DNA of 64,000 bases, taken from the NCBI GenBank assembly GCA_002633005.1, contig NMRA01000240.1:1-64000 (forward strand), written 5' to 3'. A program made the position numbers and the translations under genes. The number at the start of each line of letters is the position of its first letter. Position 1 is the first letter of the stretch. The notes beneath the pieces are model-generated. The model ran no database searches. It saw only the letters and a list, made by a program, of their open reading frames with translations, and was not told the origin of the DNA. Positions 1 to 13,348 of the stretch are shown in pieces. This stretch comes from Phoronis australis (taxonomy: Eukaryota; Animalia; Phoronida).

Positions 1-1102
1 GCCATTACTTGTTTGGTATGCGTGAACTTGAATTTTGCTTAATCTGAAGATCGCGTAAGCGTGAGCTTGTAATTAAGTACACATTAAAGAAATCTGGTGA
101 ATATTTTGTTCAGTGTAGCGAATTTCTGTAATTATTGGTTCCAAAAGCACTTATTTCACCCGCTAACTAATTATAGTAGCTTGAACGTAATTATTTGAGT
201 TGGTATTCCGAGTTCACGTAGGCCTGTATACGATCTTGAGATTAATTGAAACTCCAAGTTCATATTCGATACTCGAATCTTCGATTGACACTTCGTCCGG
301 CATCCATTTATTTCTTGGTGCCCCACACAAAATGAAAAATTAAGCTAAAAAAATCTGTATTAAATTCAGTTCATTATAAAAAAATTCGATGCCATGGCGA
401 AGGCTATTATTTGGGCTTAGGTTTCGAATAACTGTGTTTGCGTAAAGATCCGTTTCATGAAGTTTTTAACAAAAATGAAGCGGAAATAGTGCCTTTAAGT
501 TATAACATTGCCGGGCTAGGGAATTTTCATTCAGCAAACAATTTTTCAAAAAATGGTAGGCGCTTCTGAAGTGGTCACCCAGTCTTTTAAAGAAGTTTAA
601 ACAAAAAAATAAATAAATAAATTTTCGAAGTCTGTCTTGTCGGAGCTCCGTTTTCTGCTGTCATGACGAGCTGGTCGAACATATACCCAGTTGGCGTATA
701 CATGCGTAAAGAAAACCTTACGAATACACGCTAAGAGTAAAAAAAAACTGAAGATGGTTAAAGTTTTCTTGCGTGACCTTGGATTTGATTTTTGAGTTCC
801 AGGAAATGTTTATTTTTGAAAAGTTTGACCGTGGTTTGTCTGCAGAAACCCCGGACACAAAAATTATATTTTGTATGCTCAAATTTCGCTTATGAATCAT
901 GACAAGCGCAAGTTGAAGATATTAAAGTCTTGATAAAGATTGCTTTTGTGTTGAATCAGAAGCTCACGGGGGTTAGCCGTACGCTGACTCTCGTTTCTAA
1001 CTGTGTTAGTATTTCATCATTGCCATTGGGTAGCGTCTCTAAGCCTGTATAATTTTATTTTTGCCAGATGATGAGACCAGAACAATAGATATTGGTGTCA
1101 TT

Positions 1103-1166
1103 ATGGTTTTGCTATGTCTCTTACCCATTTACTTATCAATCGTGAACATTGTTATGTGTTCAACAC
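1103..1166 (+). CDS. Putative first coding exon (signal peptide) of an EGF/EB-module type I membrane protein
   Basis: ATG at 1103 gives MVLLCLLPIYLSIVNIVMCST, hydrophobic and signal-like. Acceptor ttttgccag precedes 1068. The phase-1 donor c|gttttg at 1167 is weak but restores frame with the next exon. Confidence 0.5.
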
Positions 1167-1295
1167 GTTTTGTCATAGTCATTTAACAATGGGACCTATT
1201 TCTATTAATTCCCAGGCTTCCATCATGCAAACGTTTGTATACTCGAAAACTTATTTACAACCGTCCTGTGTCACTTGGTCCTTTTTATTTCACAG

Positions 1296-1418
1296 CCTAC
1301 AGTAAAGTCCAATGTGAGCTTGGCGGAACGTATTGTGTTGAAAACTACGAGTGCAAAGATAAGAAGTGCAAATGTAAAGAAGGTTTTTTGTACAAACAGT
1401 CGACTGGTGTCTGTGAAG
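1296..1418 (+). CDS. Exon encoding six-Cys EGF/EB-like module 1
   Basis: tttcacag|...gaag|gtaact; 123 nt, phase 1-1; YSKVQCELGGTYCVENYECKDKKCKCKEGFLYKQSTGVCE. Confidence 0.85.
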
Positions 1419-2083
1419 GTAACTGCAACAATTTATCTTCCCTACTGGGAAATGTTTCTTTTAAAAAAATCAAAACTAAGGCCGGCAAGAGATCTTTTAT
1501 CTATGTTGTTTTTACAATACGAAATTCTTTTAGCCCAGAAATTGAACTGTCCGATTCATACTTTCAAACATAGCATTAAATTGGCTGTAATTTATCTAAG
1601 CTTTTTATACCCTAACTGTCTTAATTATGTCATTTTTTCATTGTCATATATACTCTCACTTTTTCGAGTCATCTCTTTATTTATTTCATCTCTCTTATTT
1701 AAATTTTCACCATAATTCGTCATTTCTTTATTGTCTTAATTGTCAACCTGTTTTAATTGTATTTTTGTTACGTATATTTAATTGTTGTTTCATTATTTCA
1801 TTATATTGTATTACTGTTTTCAGTTGTTTAGGGCCCTCTTAGAAAGCACTGAAGCACTGAAGAGGCCACCCTCATTTTAAATAGCACAATAACTAAAGAA
1901 ATAAATAAACAATAACATGAAGTGCGTTGAATACAGTACACGTAGGTTTCATGCGAATTTGGTAACACCACAATTGGCCTAAGAAAGTTACGCAAAAGCC
2001 GTATACGGGTAGATGTGTTACGTGTAACTATTGCAGTTGTACAGGAGTTACAAATAGAGCTTTTGCAATACATGTATGCGTGT

Positions 2084-2221
2084 CATGGGCGGTGCACCAT
2101 AGGGGGGCTGGGGGCTATAACCCCGTCTTTTCCAGTGCTGCGACGCCCATGGTCTGTGTGCAATGCATCACAGGGCGCTGTATGCGATAGACTCCATCTT
2201 TTCAGTGCTGCGCCACCCATG
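2084..2221. mobile_element. Short MITE with CATGGGCGGTGCA-type terminal inverted repeats
   Basis: Starts catgggcggtgca and ends tgcgccacccatg; related copies at 45916-46061 and about 26545-26610. Confidence 0.65.
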
Positions 2222-2329
2222 CATATTCTACCGATGAGACCGGGCACGTAAATGAAACCACGTGCGTAAGTTGGCAAAACTTTAATGGAGGAACGTGACA
2301 CCAGAGCTGCGTTCCGTAGATGCAAGAAA

Positions 2330-2900
2330 CTCGAGTAACCGCAATATCATGCACGTTTGTGGCTGACGTCGCCTTGCATTACAAGCAGATCAGGAGGATG
2401 TCAGCGTGCCAAGCTCGAGTACCCAATCTCACTCCAAATGATGCGGTTAATTTTGGGCAAGATCATATTCATGCCATTGGAAGGAAATAGACAAGCGTCC
2501 GCCGCCGTCGGTCTTTTTTAATGTTCCTCTTCAATCGCATTGACAAGACAGTGTTTACGATGTTTGCCACTGGTTCCGAAATCGCAGGTCCAGATAGGAT
2601 CTCTGCTGTAAAAAACTGAGCAAGACCTTCCAGTTCCAAGTGAGGTATCGCTATCAAGGTCAAGGCCGTCCAAGTTATAGATCTCACAGTCAAGAGGCAG
2701 TGGAGATGAGTCACTACTTAGAATATCAGAACAGCCATAATCCTTGAATGGAACAGGAGATCCTTGGATATTCTTCTCTAGGGCTACAACTCGTTCAGGG
2801 ATCACCCAAAGGATCTCATCGCTGCCACTACCCTCGCCGAAAGTTGTAGTGGCCTCTGTTACAGTTGAAGCTGTCGAATCGCATGTTGCCGAATTCAACT
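2330..2900 (-). pseudogene. Degraded DIRS-like gag fragment
   Basis: Minus-strand peptides GPAISEPVANIVNTVL and PKINRIIWSEIG...DLLVMQ resemble DIRS gag; frameshifted. Confidence 0.4.
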
Positions 2901-4305
2901 GTTTCAGACTTTCTCCTGGCTTTTGTCACAGAACAGACGATCCATTACAGTTCACACTCTTGCGAGCGATCCAGGGACGATCCGGCTGTCGCCGCCGGGG
3001 ATTTTTGGAGAGGTGAAGTTCGCTTCTTAGAGATAGAGTCCGCCATCTTGCTGACGCACGGTGGTAAGCTGGTGACAAGGTCACCGACCTACACCATCCG
3101 ATAAAAATCGTTAAAAACGGTAATACTTCTCAAAATCGGGTATCAAGGACCTGGGATGATGGAGTTTTCTTCTAACTCAAACTCCTTCGCAACTCGGAGA
3201 AAACGCGTAACAATTTAACACGAATCCAGAGCGCGAGAAAGGTCTTCTGCTGACTAGCTTAGTAAAAGCGTGAGAACTGACTGGCTAGTAAGCAATGTCT
3301 TCTCATGAAGTCCAGTTGTCACTAAACAAAGCGAGATTGAATTCACCTTCTACATTTCCTAATAACGCAGATGTTAATCCACTATCCTCAAAATCTAGTA
3401 CAACAGTGCAATATGAAATCGCATTTCATCAGTTTTTCTCCCACGTTAAAACGTTCTTGTCGACGTTCACGTCTGGTCAATGTGAACGTAGAATGTAATG
3501 GTATACTAATTGCACACGAAAAAGGGATTTCTCTTTTGTACGCGTATATTTTTTTTAAACTTTCTTGTTCTATTGTATGTACAATACCATCAGAGCCACG
3601 AATGTGTTGAGTGAAGCTTTAAGTACCGGTACGTGAAAGAAGGAGGATCACAGAAGCCTGCGTGATCTATGCTATCAGTGTGAACTTTTTGCGCCATGGA
3701 AGGATCAGTTGTTAAAACAGAGGTCTACAACGCGTGGTGATGTGTGCTTCTCATTATTTGCACACTAGGGCATTTTTAATTGCCTTAGCATTTAAAAAAG
3801 CAAAAACAATGCTGGTGATGACGGCGATTGAGCAGGCTGAGACGGGGTGGTATGGGGGTTGTTGATGAACGTGACCAGGGACAGAGTGCCTCTGGACCTG
3901 TTGAATTAGGTGCATATGCTTGGTGAATTATGTGAACATGTCAAAAGTCAATACTGTACGACAATCAACATCGTCCGTCCTAGGTAGTAAGTCATACACC
4001 GGTACATGCCAATATAAAAGCACTCATCTGCTGAAGACAAATTTCGTGAATTATGTTAACAGTCCAGTCCTAATCAAATCGTCAATATTTTGAAAACTTT
4101 GTAAGGTTGTTAGGAAGTGACCATATAAGCACGTATTCTCTTTTCCATATGTCTATCCATCTTAGTATTGCCAAGGTTTCATTGAGCATGCTGTCAAAAC
4201 AGGTACTGGACCTCTAAACATGTTTTGCAATGTGAAACTTTGCGTAAATTAAGTTTGCAGAAGGAGAAAAAATAAACGATTTAAAATCAAACTATATAAT
4301 TGCAG

Positions 4306-4422
4306 CCTTGTCAGATGTGTCGTGTGTTCGGGGAGGCACGTATTGCGGGAAGCACTCGACGTGTGCTAATAAAACGTGCAAGTGTGACAGTGGTTACCTG
4401 GATATCGGTGGAGATTGCCGGG
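4306..4422 (+). CDS. Exon encoding six-Cys EGF/EB-like module 2 (not in ORF track)
   Basis: aattgcag|...cggg|gtaggt; 117 nt, phase 1-1; LSDVSCVRGGTYCGKHSTCANKTCKCDSGYLDIGGDCR; shares CxxGGTYC with module 1. Confidence 0.85.
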
Positions 4423-5284
4423 GTAGGTTGTAGTTGTTGTGTTTTGTTGTTTACACAGGCTGGCTAGACCTTATCATTATTGCGGTTTAGCCTGGTTGTT
4501 TACAAAGTCACGAGTCAACATTGCTGCAGAGATCCAACAAACCACTCCAACGTCTTCACTTCATCGATGCAAAGGTTAGTGGACGCTTGTCACCGTTTGC
4601 TATATGTGAAAAATAGCTCCTAGCCTATATGATGAGAAGTCGCGTCTGAGTATGAGGGGTTTGTCAACGGTCATAAGGCAAAACTACGTGACTGTCCAGC
4701 ATTAACCGCTAGCATTTTTGAGATGCGCGATTACACTCATCTGTCCATTTCCATTGCACATTATTTTACTTTAATTCATGGAAATGATGCAAGAAAGAAT
4801 TCAAATTAAATGTGTTGGAAAGCGGACATAAGCATGCGCGCACACAGACTAAAAATGGGGAGGACCTTAAACTAAAAAAACTGGTACGTTCAGAGCAATG
4901 AATTGTGCTTTTGCCGAATTTTGATAGTTCTTGCTTTTTTAGGGGACTTTTGTCTCGTTTTCAGGTTTTTCGGATTTTTTTGTTTGTATGGGAACAGTTT
5001 TGTTCAGTTCGCCATATGGGGGGGGGGGGGNGGGGGGGGGGGGCTCATTCGAGCACCACGAGCCCCCCTGGGTGTGTGCATGATAAGTTGCAACAACCCC
5101 CAACCGGTCATAGTTCGGTGAGGTTTGTCAGTGTAGGAGCGTGCGCAATAGGTTCAACCGTCCGTGTCACAGCGTGTTACCCTTCACCCATATACACTAT
5201 TTGCTTCTTCATAACTTTACTCTTTGACAGTATGACTCCAAACGACTGTAAAGTTCTTCGAGTGTTCTCATCAGAGGGCACCGT

Positions 5285-5924
5285 AACAAGTATGTCATCT
5301 GCGCGGCAAACGACAAACATGCCCATGACCCCGGTTTGAAAAACAGCTGGGGAGTCAGTTTAACCAACTCTGAGTGCATTATGCTGTACACATATAAGCC
5401 TTTATGTGTTTTGATTGTCAGATGTTGTTTCGACTGTTCATTTCTACTACTACTTGTTGGAAAGCACGGATTATGTCCATTTGCGTGAACTTCCTACCAC
5501 CAGCGAGGGTAGTAAATAAGTCCTCAGTGTTCGGTAACGGATAGTGCTTTGTGTGTGTCTACTGCTACTTTAGATTTATGGTCCTCTTACAGTCTCAGTA
5601 AATANAACAAGTATGTCATCTGCGCGGCAAACGACAAACATGCCCATGACCCCGGTTTGAAAAACAGCTGGGGAGTCAGTTAACCAACTCTGAGTGCATT
5701 ATGCTGTACACATATAAGCCTTTATGTGTTTTGATTGTCAGATGTTGTTTCGACTGTTCATTTCTACTACTACTTGTTGGAAAGCACGGATTATGTCCAT
5801 TTGCGTGAACTTCCTACCACCAGCGAGGGTAGTAAATAAGTCCTCAGTGTTCGGTAACGGATAGTGCTTTGTGTGTGTCTACTGCTACTTTAGATTTATG
5901 GTCCTCTTACAGTCTCAGTAAATA
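5285..5924. repeat. About 320-bp direct tandem duplication separated by one N (probable assembly overlap)
   Basis: 5285-5604 equals 5606-5924 apart from a 1-bp indel; N at 5605. Confidence 0.9.
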
Positions 5925-7530
5925 CATCTGATCCCATCAGGTTATCCAACCGCCATTATTGGTGGTGTTCAATCGCTGTTGTCAACTTTTGTCATGATGC
6001 GTTTACCCTCGAAACGATCCAGTTCGCTCTCAGTTTTGCCTTTTCAGCATATCGAACAAGCCTAGGTTTGAAAAGTGTTGTGTGCCTTAAATCCCTTAAT
6101 CGTACCGATGCCCGCTTCGAAAAGTCACTGATACTTTTTTAACGTGGCATCCAGGGTATGATGTTTCGCGAGTGCAAAAATATTAGACCATTCACGAGGA
6201 AATGCCTGCAGCCGACGGTCCGTCACCCTTAACTATCACTATCGACAACTCCGCAAACTGTCCTATATATTCCACCGAAACCGAAATTTCTCCCACGAGA
6301 GAAATTATTTCTCCTGAGAGCGCTTTTAAAACTGTATTAATGGACTTCTCGTATCTGAAACTGGTTTAGGATTTCTTCTCCACAGTGTACACGCTATGCA
6401 TTCCCGAACGTATGCTCATCTTTTGCGTCGGAGGACACGTAGTTAAACTTGATCGACGTTTTTGCAGACGTTTAAACTGAATATGGCCCACCAAGCTACG
6501 CGAATTTACAGTTATACGGGATAGGTTCATGTCGCAATCGCACCCTTTGATTACCTCTCGAGCTAATACCAGTTTGGCAGTATTCTTTTCTAAGGAGCGC
6601 ACTTTTTACGAGACTGTTTAACTGTATTAACAGATGCCGACACGGGAACAGGTGGGCGCAGTTAGGGTATGTTTTTCTATACTAGTTCCATAGGTGCTCC
6701 ACTTTTACAAGGTTCCATAGATGTCAATGACTTGAGTACTACCAACTATTTACATGACGGCTTTTTTCCGTTCAGTGACTTTACCAGACGTAGAGGGTTG
6801 TGAGTGTGTGATAACATCTAGCTTCTTTGTTAACTGCCAAGCACGGTCTTTTTTGTCTGGTATGACAACAGACAGGCCAATTGTCTACAAGGCTTTCAGA
6901 CCACGTGTGAATATTCAAGCCAGAGCGAACTGGTACATTCGGAAATAATAGATTGTCGCAACTTCGGTTGTAGTTGGGCAATTTTGACAATTCAGCATTT
7001 AAACATGATCACAATTTGACGAGGATTTCAGAAATGCTATTGGTTTATGTTCAAATATGTTATAACTTAACTTTTATTTTAGCCCAGTCAGGGTAGATAT
7101 GATCTTACTGAAGATTAGAGCAATTATCGAACAAAAGAGAGTTGACCCTCCAACCCTAAATGCCAGAATGGAGTTAATCGTTGGTCTAAGATATTGGCTA
7201 CAGGGCTGTTCTTCCCAACATATTGTGGGGCTATAGAATCGAACAAGTTGGAAGCAACGGGAAAACGCTGTAATTTGTGTTATGCTCATTTAGCAGCCCA
7301 CGTGGGGGAGTCATTTAGAAACGTACAAAATTCACAAGTGGATGACAGTTTTTTAAAGTTTGAAAAGGTCTCACCAGGACGTTGATGTCGGTTGTAGAAC
7401 CTCTCAATAATTACCACCGGCTTAGTACTATAGTGATCCTTCAGAGCCTTTATCAACGTGTCCAATGTTTTGGACCTCGACGGGTCAGAGCTTAAAAATG
7501 CTCTAATTTGAGCATGGCGCAATAATGTGC
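5925..7530 (-). mobile_element. Degraded Gypsy LTR-retrotransposon gag to start-of-RT relic
   Basis: Gag-like HYSTKPVVIIERFYNRHQRPGETFSNF; RT N-terminus-like IMTKVDNSD*TPPIMAVG*PDGIR near 5930-6000. Confidence 0.65.
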
Positions 7531-7849
7531 ACCAATTGCCAATAATGACGCCGCAACATTTTTACTGTTTGTTATATGCGTTCCACTAATTTTGAGCCTT
7601 CCCTGCCTCTCCCAAACTCTTTTAGCAAATTTGCCAATGCTCTCCTCGTTGAAAAGTGTAACTAACAGCTTTATATATCGGCCATATTCCAGGGTTCCAA
7701 ACTGACGAGCATAAAAAAATGTCAACTCCAAATGTATTGTATTGCGCATGCCAATAGGAAAATTTCGTTACAAAACAACAATTTTGTAACGCGGTACTAT
7801 CAAGGACGTTAAACATATATCAAAACTTCCAACTTTGAATGAATCCCCA

Positions 7850-8340
7850 TAAAACAAGGCGATGTCACTGGACCTATAAGCATAACAACTCTGCAGGTAT
7901 CAATAACACTAGTAACATAAACACGAGGGTTCCTTATATGAATACCCAAGGGGCCCCATGGCTGAAGAAATAGTTGTCATTTAGTTATGTACCTTGGAAT
8001 CTGTTGGACAGGTAGGACATGAATTACTACACGCTCCACATCAGTGATGCCTAGGCCATCGAGCGTTTTCAGGACACATTCATGAAAGCACGTGTCCAAG
8101 ACATTTTTCAGATCCAAGAGCACAGCGTGAACAAGGTGTATCCTGTTCATGCTGGGCAGCAAGTAATCCATAACACCGGTTAGAGCTGTGACAGTGGAGT
8201 CCCCTGGTCTAAAACCAGACTGACAAGACATACTATTGATATCTGACAGATGATCATAACCTGAGAGTGGATGATTCTCTCTGAAATCTCCATGACAACC
8301 GGTAGTACCGAAATAGGTCTACAGTTACCGCATTCATTTC
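7850..8340 (-). mobile_element. CR1/L2-group LINE reverse transcriptase fragment
   Basis: QSGFRPGDSTVTAL...AVLLDLKNVLDT...LKTLDGLGI. Confidence 0.75.
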
Positions 8341-9408
8341 GTTTGTCCTCTTAAAAGATTGTAGAATTTTTAAACTGTTCTAGAATGAACCAAAAATCTA
8401 AATTCAATTTGTGTCATGCTGGTGAAGAATAGATCGCTCTGTCAATAACCAAAAAACAATAAGTGGCGTGCGTTCACTAATGGTAGATACTAGCTAAAAT
8501 TTAGTCACAGTCACGTGTTCTTATTTAAAATACACAGCAGTGTCTCTAGTAATCTAGCGAGGTCTTGATTTTTAAAGAAGTACCAAAGTTACCGAGCTGG
8601 GGGCTGTATGCTCTTTGTTCAACCGGTCACTAATTGGATGGCACATCTTGTTCGACGTCAGCTTCGAGTAGCAAAGTAACACGAAGATGTAAGCAGCCCT
8701 TAGTTCATTTCCCTAATCGAGGTAGGTTAAAATAAACGAGTGCATGGCTGGCCCTTTAGACTTTAGGCTCTGGAATAGGTTAGGACTACAAATCTGCAAC
8801 ATTTGAGGAATCGGCGTACAGAAACAAGTAGCTCGTGTTGCAGGCGCTTTTTTCAAAGTTTAAGCCCACAACATTGTAAAATCTGCCATACAGAAAGACA
8901 TTGTCCGTCGCGTGGGTGGTTTAAATTGAAATATTTAGCCCACACCATTGCGAAACACGTTATATAAGCCTGCAGTTGCATCACCTAATCAATACGAACT
9001 ATTGTTTTATGTCTAGTGTAAGTTAGCAAACTCATAACCTGTACGTGTACAACAGCTTCAACCAATTTTAAGTAATATAAAAGAGTTCGGAAATTCAAAA
9101 TGCAATTGAAAAGCACGAGCCCAGTAAAGATTATTTATTGCGTATTTCTATGAAGTTTCGTCCACCGTATACGCCAAGTAAGATAAGTTTTATTTCACTT
9201 GATCTCCCTAGGAATATTGACACTGGCATTGACATAAGACTTTAGAAAACAGATGGATATTGTTGGACGAATGTAGTTTGAATCAGTCCTGTACAACTCC
9301 GCACTTGAGCACATGTACCTAATACACCTTATTATTGATTGCTGCCATTTTGCGCAAAGGTTGCTGGAACATTATTAGGAGTCTGGGACATGCGTGTTAG
9401 GTATATTG

Positions 9409-9947
9409 GAAGTGGACATTTCTGAGACTAGGAATGTGAATTTTATTTTACAAGCTAATGTTTAACGCATGTAAAAGTAAATACTTTAAGTTCATCGCAT
9501 CTAAATGAGTGCATAAATATTAATAGTATTGTCTACTTTGGATCTACGCCCATCGCATCACATTTTCTTTTATCTTTCCACGGGCTTAATCATATGTGGA
9601 TTTGAAATCTTCGATCTAGCGAACCACTGTGCCCCCCCCAAGAGCCTTGCATCATCTGCAAGCCTGCTTGCATTATGNGAAGTGGACATTTCTGAGACTA
9701 GGAATGTGAATTTTATTTTACAAGCTAATGTTTAACGCATGTAAAAGTAAATACTTTAAGTTCATCGCATCTAAATGAGTGCACAAATATTAATAGTATT
9801 GTCTACTTTGGATCTACGCCCATCGCATCACATTTTCTTTTATCTTTCCACGGGCTTAATCATATGTGGATTTGAAATCTTCGATCTAGCGAACCACTGT
9901 GCCCCCCCCAAGAGCCTTGCATCATCTGCAAGCCTGCTTGCATTATG
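9409..9947. repeat. 269-bp direct tandem duplication separated by one N (probable assembly overlap)
   Basis: 9409-9677 equals 9679-9947 except one substitution; N at 9678. Confidence 0.9.
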
Positions 9948-10099
9948 AGGCACATGGAAAGTACAACTTATTTAAGGGCCCCGTAATCCAATGTTTCTCT
10001 GTTTTCGATGGCCCCTTAGTAGTATGATTTGTTCTCAACTAACTGGAAATTTGATTTCAACTCATTTTCTTTTTTCAAGGCTCGTGATACCTCATGTTG

Positions 10100-11790
10100 A
10101 TCAGTTGTTATCCCATAGGTATCAGGAAAACAACTATGCAATGTAGACAAAACTCATCAATCGGAAAGATGCAAGACGTACAGGTGTCGATAAGAACACG
10201 AAGATGTGCAAGAATCACTTCAAACTTGCCAAACCATTCCTGGAATCCCTGCATCCTATTCTTTACATGAAAAGGTACAGGAACGCCAAGCTCTAGGGGA
10301 AATGGTCACCTCTAAAGGAACGACCATCATGGATATTAAAGATTCTAGACAGCTATGATTTCATGTTTCCCCATAACTTTATTATCTTTCTCACAGGAGA
10401 GCTCCTCAAATACAAATCATAAACAGCCAAAAAATGGCACCAACTGTCAGTCTTCAACAATGGATATGCAAAACATGAAAGTGGCATACCTGAGCATTCG
10501 ATTTCACAAGGTAAATTATTCAATAAGCATTTTTATAGTCAGCGGTCATTCGAAACTTTTGAGGAATTCTCACCGTATATTCAGCAGTTTCCTGAGACAA
10601 TATCCAACATGTCACACTATCAAAGAGTGAAGCAAAATTTACCTTCAATGTGATAACTAATCCCAACAAGAAGTCCAGCATCAATGACATCAAAGATGTT
10701 GATGTTTTTTGTATATGCGCACTGTGGTCCAAAATTACCAAACATTCAAGTGGATACTTGGTGAAGTGACTTATGGTAGTGGAAAGATGCACTTCTATAG
10801 AGGTAATGAAAAACTCGCTATGAAGAATTACCAGGTGAGAATCAGAAAGAAACCAGCAATGTTACGTAGATTGGGTTCTGAAAATGAACTGCTCGTGACT
10901 CTCATGCAGATCAATATTGTTTTCTGGATGACTACTTGGCTTTCTATTGGAGTTTTTCTGAAAGCACTGTGTCGTAAATTCTAGCCACTTGGATTATCCT
11001 CCTCTCCAGAGAATTATCCGAAATCATACATTGGGTACGGAAGAACAAGTGAAGGAACCATACTCCTAGTGCTTCAAAAAGTACGACACAGTCCGCACAC
11101 TCATTGATTGTACAGAAGTCGTCATCCAGAAGACGTTATTGGCAAGTGCAAATAGTCAAATGTTCAGTAGTTACAAAAACATCTGCCCAATTCTTGTTGG
11201 TCTCTACCTTGTCAGGAACAACTTCGTTTGGTTTCACATCCAAATGGTGACTGAATATCTGACAAGGAGCCCACGGTTAGTTCGGGGATATATGACTTAT
11301 CTGAGCCTGGCAAGAGAAGATCTGTAGTCTCTAAAATTCCATTTCCGTGGTGCTAATTACAACCTAGTGGTTACGAATACAAACACACATAATGTAAGTT
11401 CGCAACTGGACTCGACTTACTTAGGATATTAAACAGTACACAGTTCACCCCAAAACAAGCTGCCAATACAAAACGGTATGAATCCAATGGTCCCATTTAA
11501 GTTACCGATTTTATATAATGGGAACGGCACATCAACTTCAATGAAAATTAATGAAATGTTAAATCTAATGGTCATTGAGATGATAAAAACATGAACTACA
11601 GATCACTATTACTAAAAGTGTTGGTGTTCTTTGCTCGCAATTTTCGATCGCAAATGTTCAGACCCACACAGAGCGCTTCTGATGGAATAGTTCTGGCATT
11701 CCACAAGGGACAATCCCGCTTAACAAGAAAGACATTCTGGGACATATTGATGTTTTATGTGCAGCTTTGCTAATTGTTTAAGTGTGAATG
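10100..11790 (+). pseudogene. ISL2EU-like (PIF/Harbinger-related) DDE transposase relic, copy A
   Basis: IDCTEVVIQKTLLASANSQMFSSYKN (about 11103), SDKEPTVSSGIYDLSEPG (about 11258), GTIPL and LCAALL (about 11710-11770) match DDE_Tnp_4-type motifs; many stops and frameshifts. Confidence 0.75.
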
Positions 11791-12740
11791 CAATAACCGT
11801 TACAAAATGGACGCTAGTTTGATTTGCTATACATTGGTTAGTCCTCCAAAGAGCAAGAAAAGAGTAGATCTCCAAAAATCATTTCGAGTAATATATTACG
11901 AGACTTTCCAGATGGGCTGCTGACGAACTACAATAAGCGATAACAGAAATAAACAAACATTTATACCATTTTGCAGAGCAACCTGTATTTGCAGTTGAAG
12001 CTTTTTACAACGTACCCTGTTTTTAATATCGATCGTAAATACGAAAAGTCCCATTATGTTTGTAAGTCTAATCTGGTTACGGCAAACTATCGTCTCAACG
12101 TACAAAGGTTCCTTGTAATATATTTTAAGGACATTCAACTGTATTACAATTTGTATGTTGATATCTTAATGCCAAAACCTCGTTAAGTATTTAATTCTCT
12201 CCTTCACAAGATCTTGTACCTGCTGTTCAATTTTCAATAGTAAAGCATCCATGACCTGTCTAACATAATGACTTTGTTCTTTATCCTGTACTGATGAGGA
12301 CTCCAATTCCGGGATCATGGTCATATTATTGAAGCCTTTTGGTCGAGTTTGTCTATCAATTGTTCGTTTCTGACCACTCTAGAAAAAATGATGTTGTCTG
12401 TCCTAGCCACTGTGTAAACCACAAAGTCACACCATTTACTATCTGTGCAGTAAATGTGTACCTATACTTGTGCATAATGTATATGATCACCTTTTAGGAC
12501 GATGTCATCGTCATGTATCTGGATATAGGAATCTGGCTGCTTTACATGATGCGACACAGACTGATATTAGTATTTCCATGGGCACTTTATTCCAGTCCCA
12601 CAACACCTGCAAGGTATTATTCTATCCGGACTGAAAGTTGATTTCGTTGATATCCACTGGCCTGTTGGACTAACTTTCTTTTGTCTGTGTTTAGCACGTT
12701 GCTTCCTAGAATGGTGTTTTGACCTGGTTGTGCATATGGA

Positions 12741-12906
12741 GGGGTAGTACCTCCGGTGGGGGGCTTGTCGTACTCCTTCGGGGGTAGCTCGTCCATCTTT
12801 GGTCCCCACCTGACCTCAGCTATCACCTGTGGCTCCAAGTAGCTGTAGCATGCGCAGCGGCCACACCCCGAGACACCGCTTCGACAGGCGGGCTAAACCA
12901 GATTGA
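12741..12906 (+). ncRNA. Predicted HDV-like self-cleaving ribozyme at the RTE 5' end (degenerate copy)
   Basis: Manual fold: P1 ggggt/acccc, P2 tcacctg/cagattga (imperfect), P3 tggc/gcca, L3 starting TCC, P4 ccgc/gcgg, J4/2 gCtaaa. Confidence 0.6.
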
Positions 12907-13348
12907 GGGTAGCCGACGGGTCTCAAACCCTCGGTGAGTTAGGGACTGCCTACGCTAGCATGTGAAGACTGGCTCCGGCAGACTGAGCGGAAGAGACCCC
13001 CAGTGGTCCAACGGTCAAGACGGCGGTTTCAGCAAGCGCTGTGGAGCGCTCAGAGCACGACGAGGCACCAAAGAAGTCATGGTCATCCACTGCAGCAAGG
13101 GTAACCTCCAGCCGTAACAGTTTTTCTGTGCCACTGGATCAAGGTTTCCTCAGCCGAGTGAGTGGGATTGCCCCAGTGCAACGGCTTTACCACTTTAAAA
13201 ACCATCACGCACAGGTTTGTTGTGTGATTCATCATTTCCGATCTGCACCTTTCAAGTCCTGCGGCGATGGGGGAGTGGCGAAGCAACAGGTGAAGATGAT
13301 CACTGGTAGTTGTAGTCACGAACCTGCACGTAGGCGGCCTTCGGACGA

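Noticed and set aside
88-586. TTAA-flanked MITE
   Set aside because: Terminal repeats are too degenerate to support a call
12291-12330. CTGATGAG hammerhead core
   Set aside because: No stem II or GAAA partner; lies within the YqaJ relic
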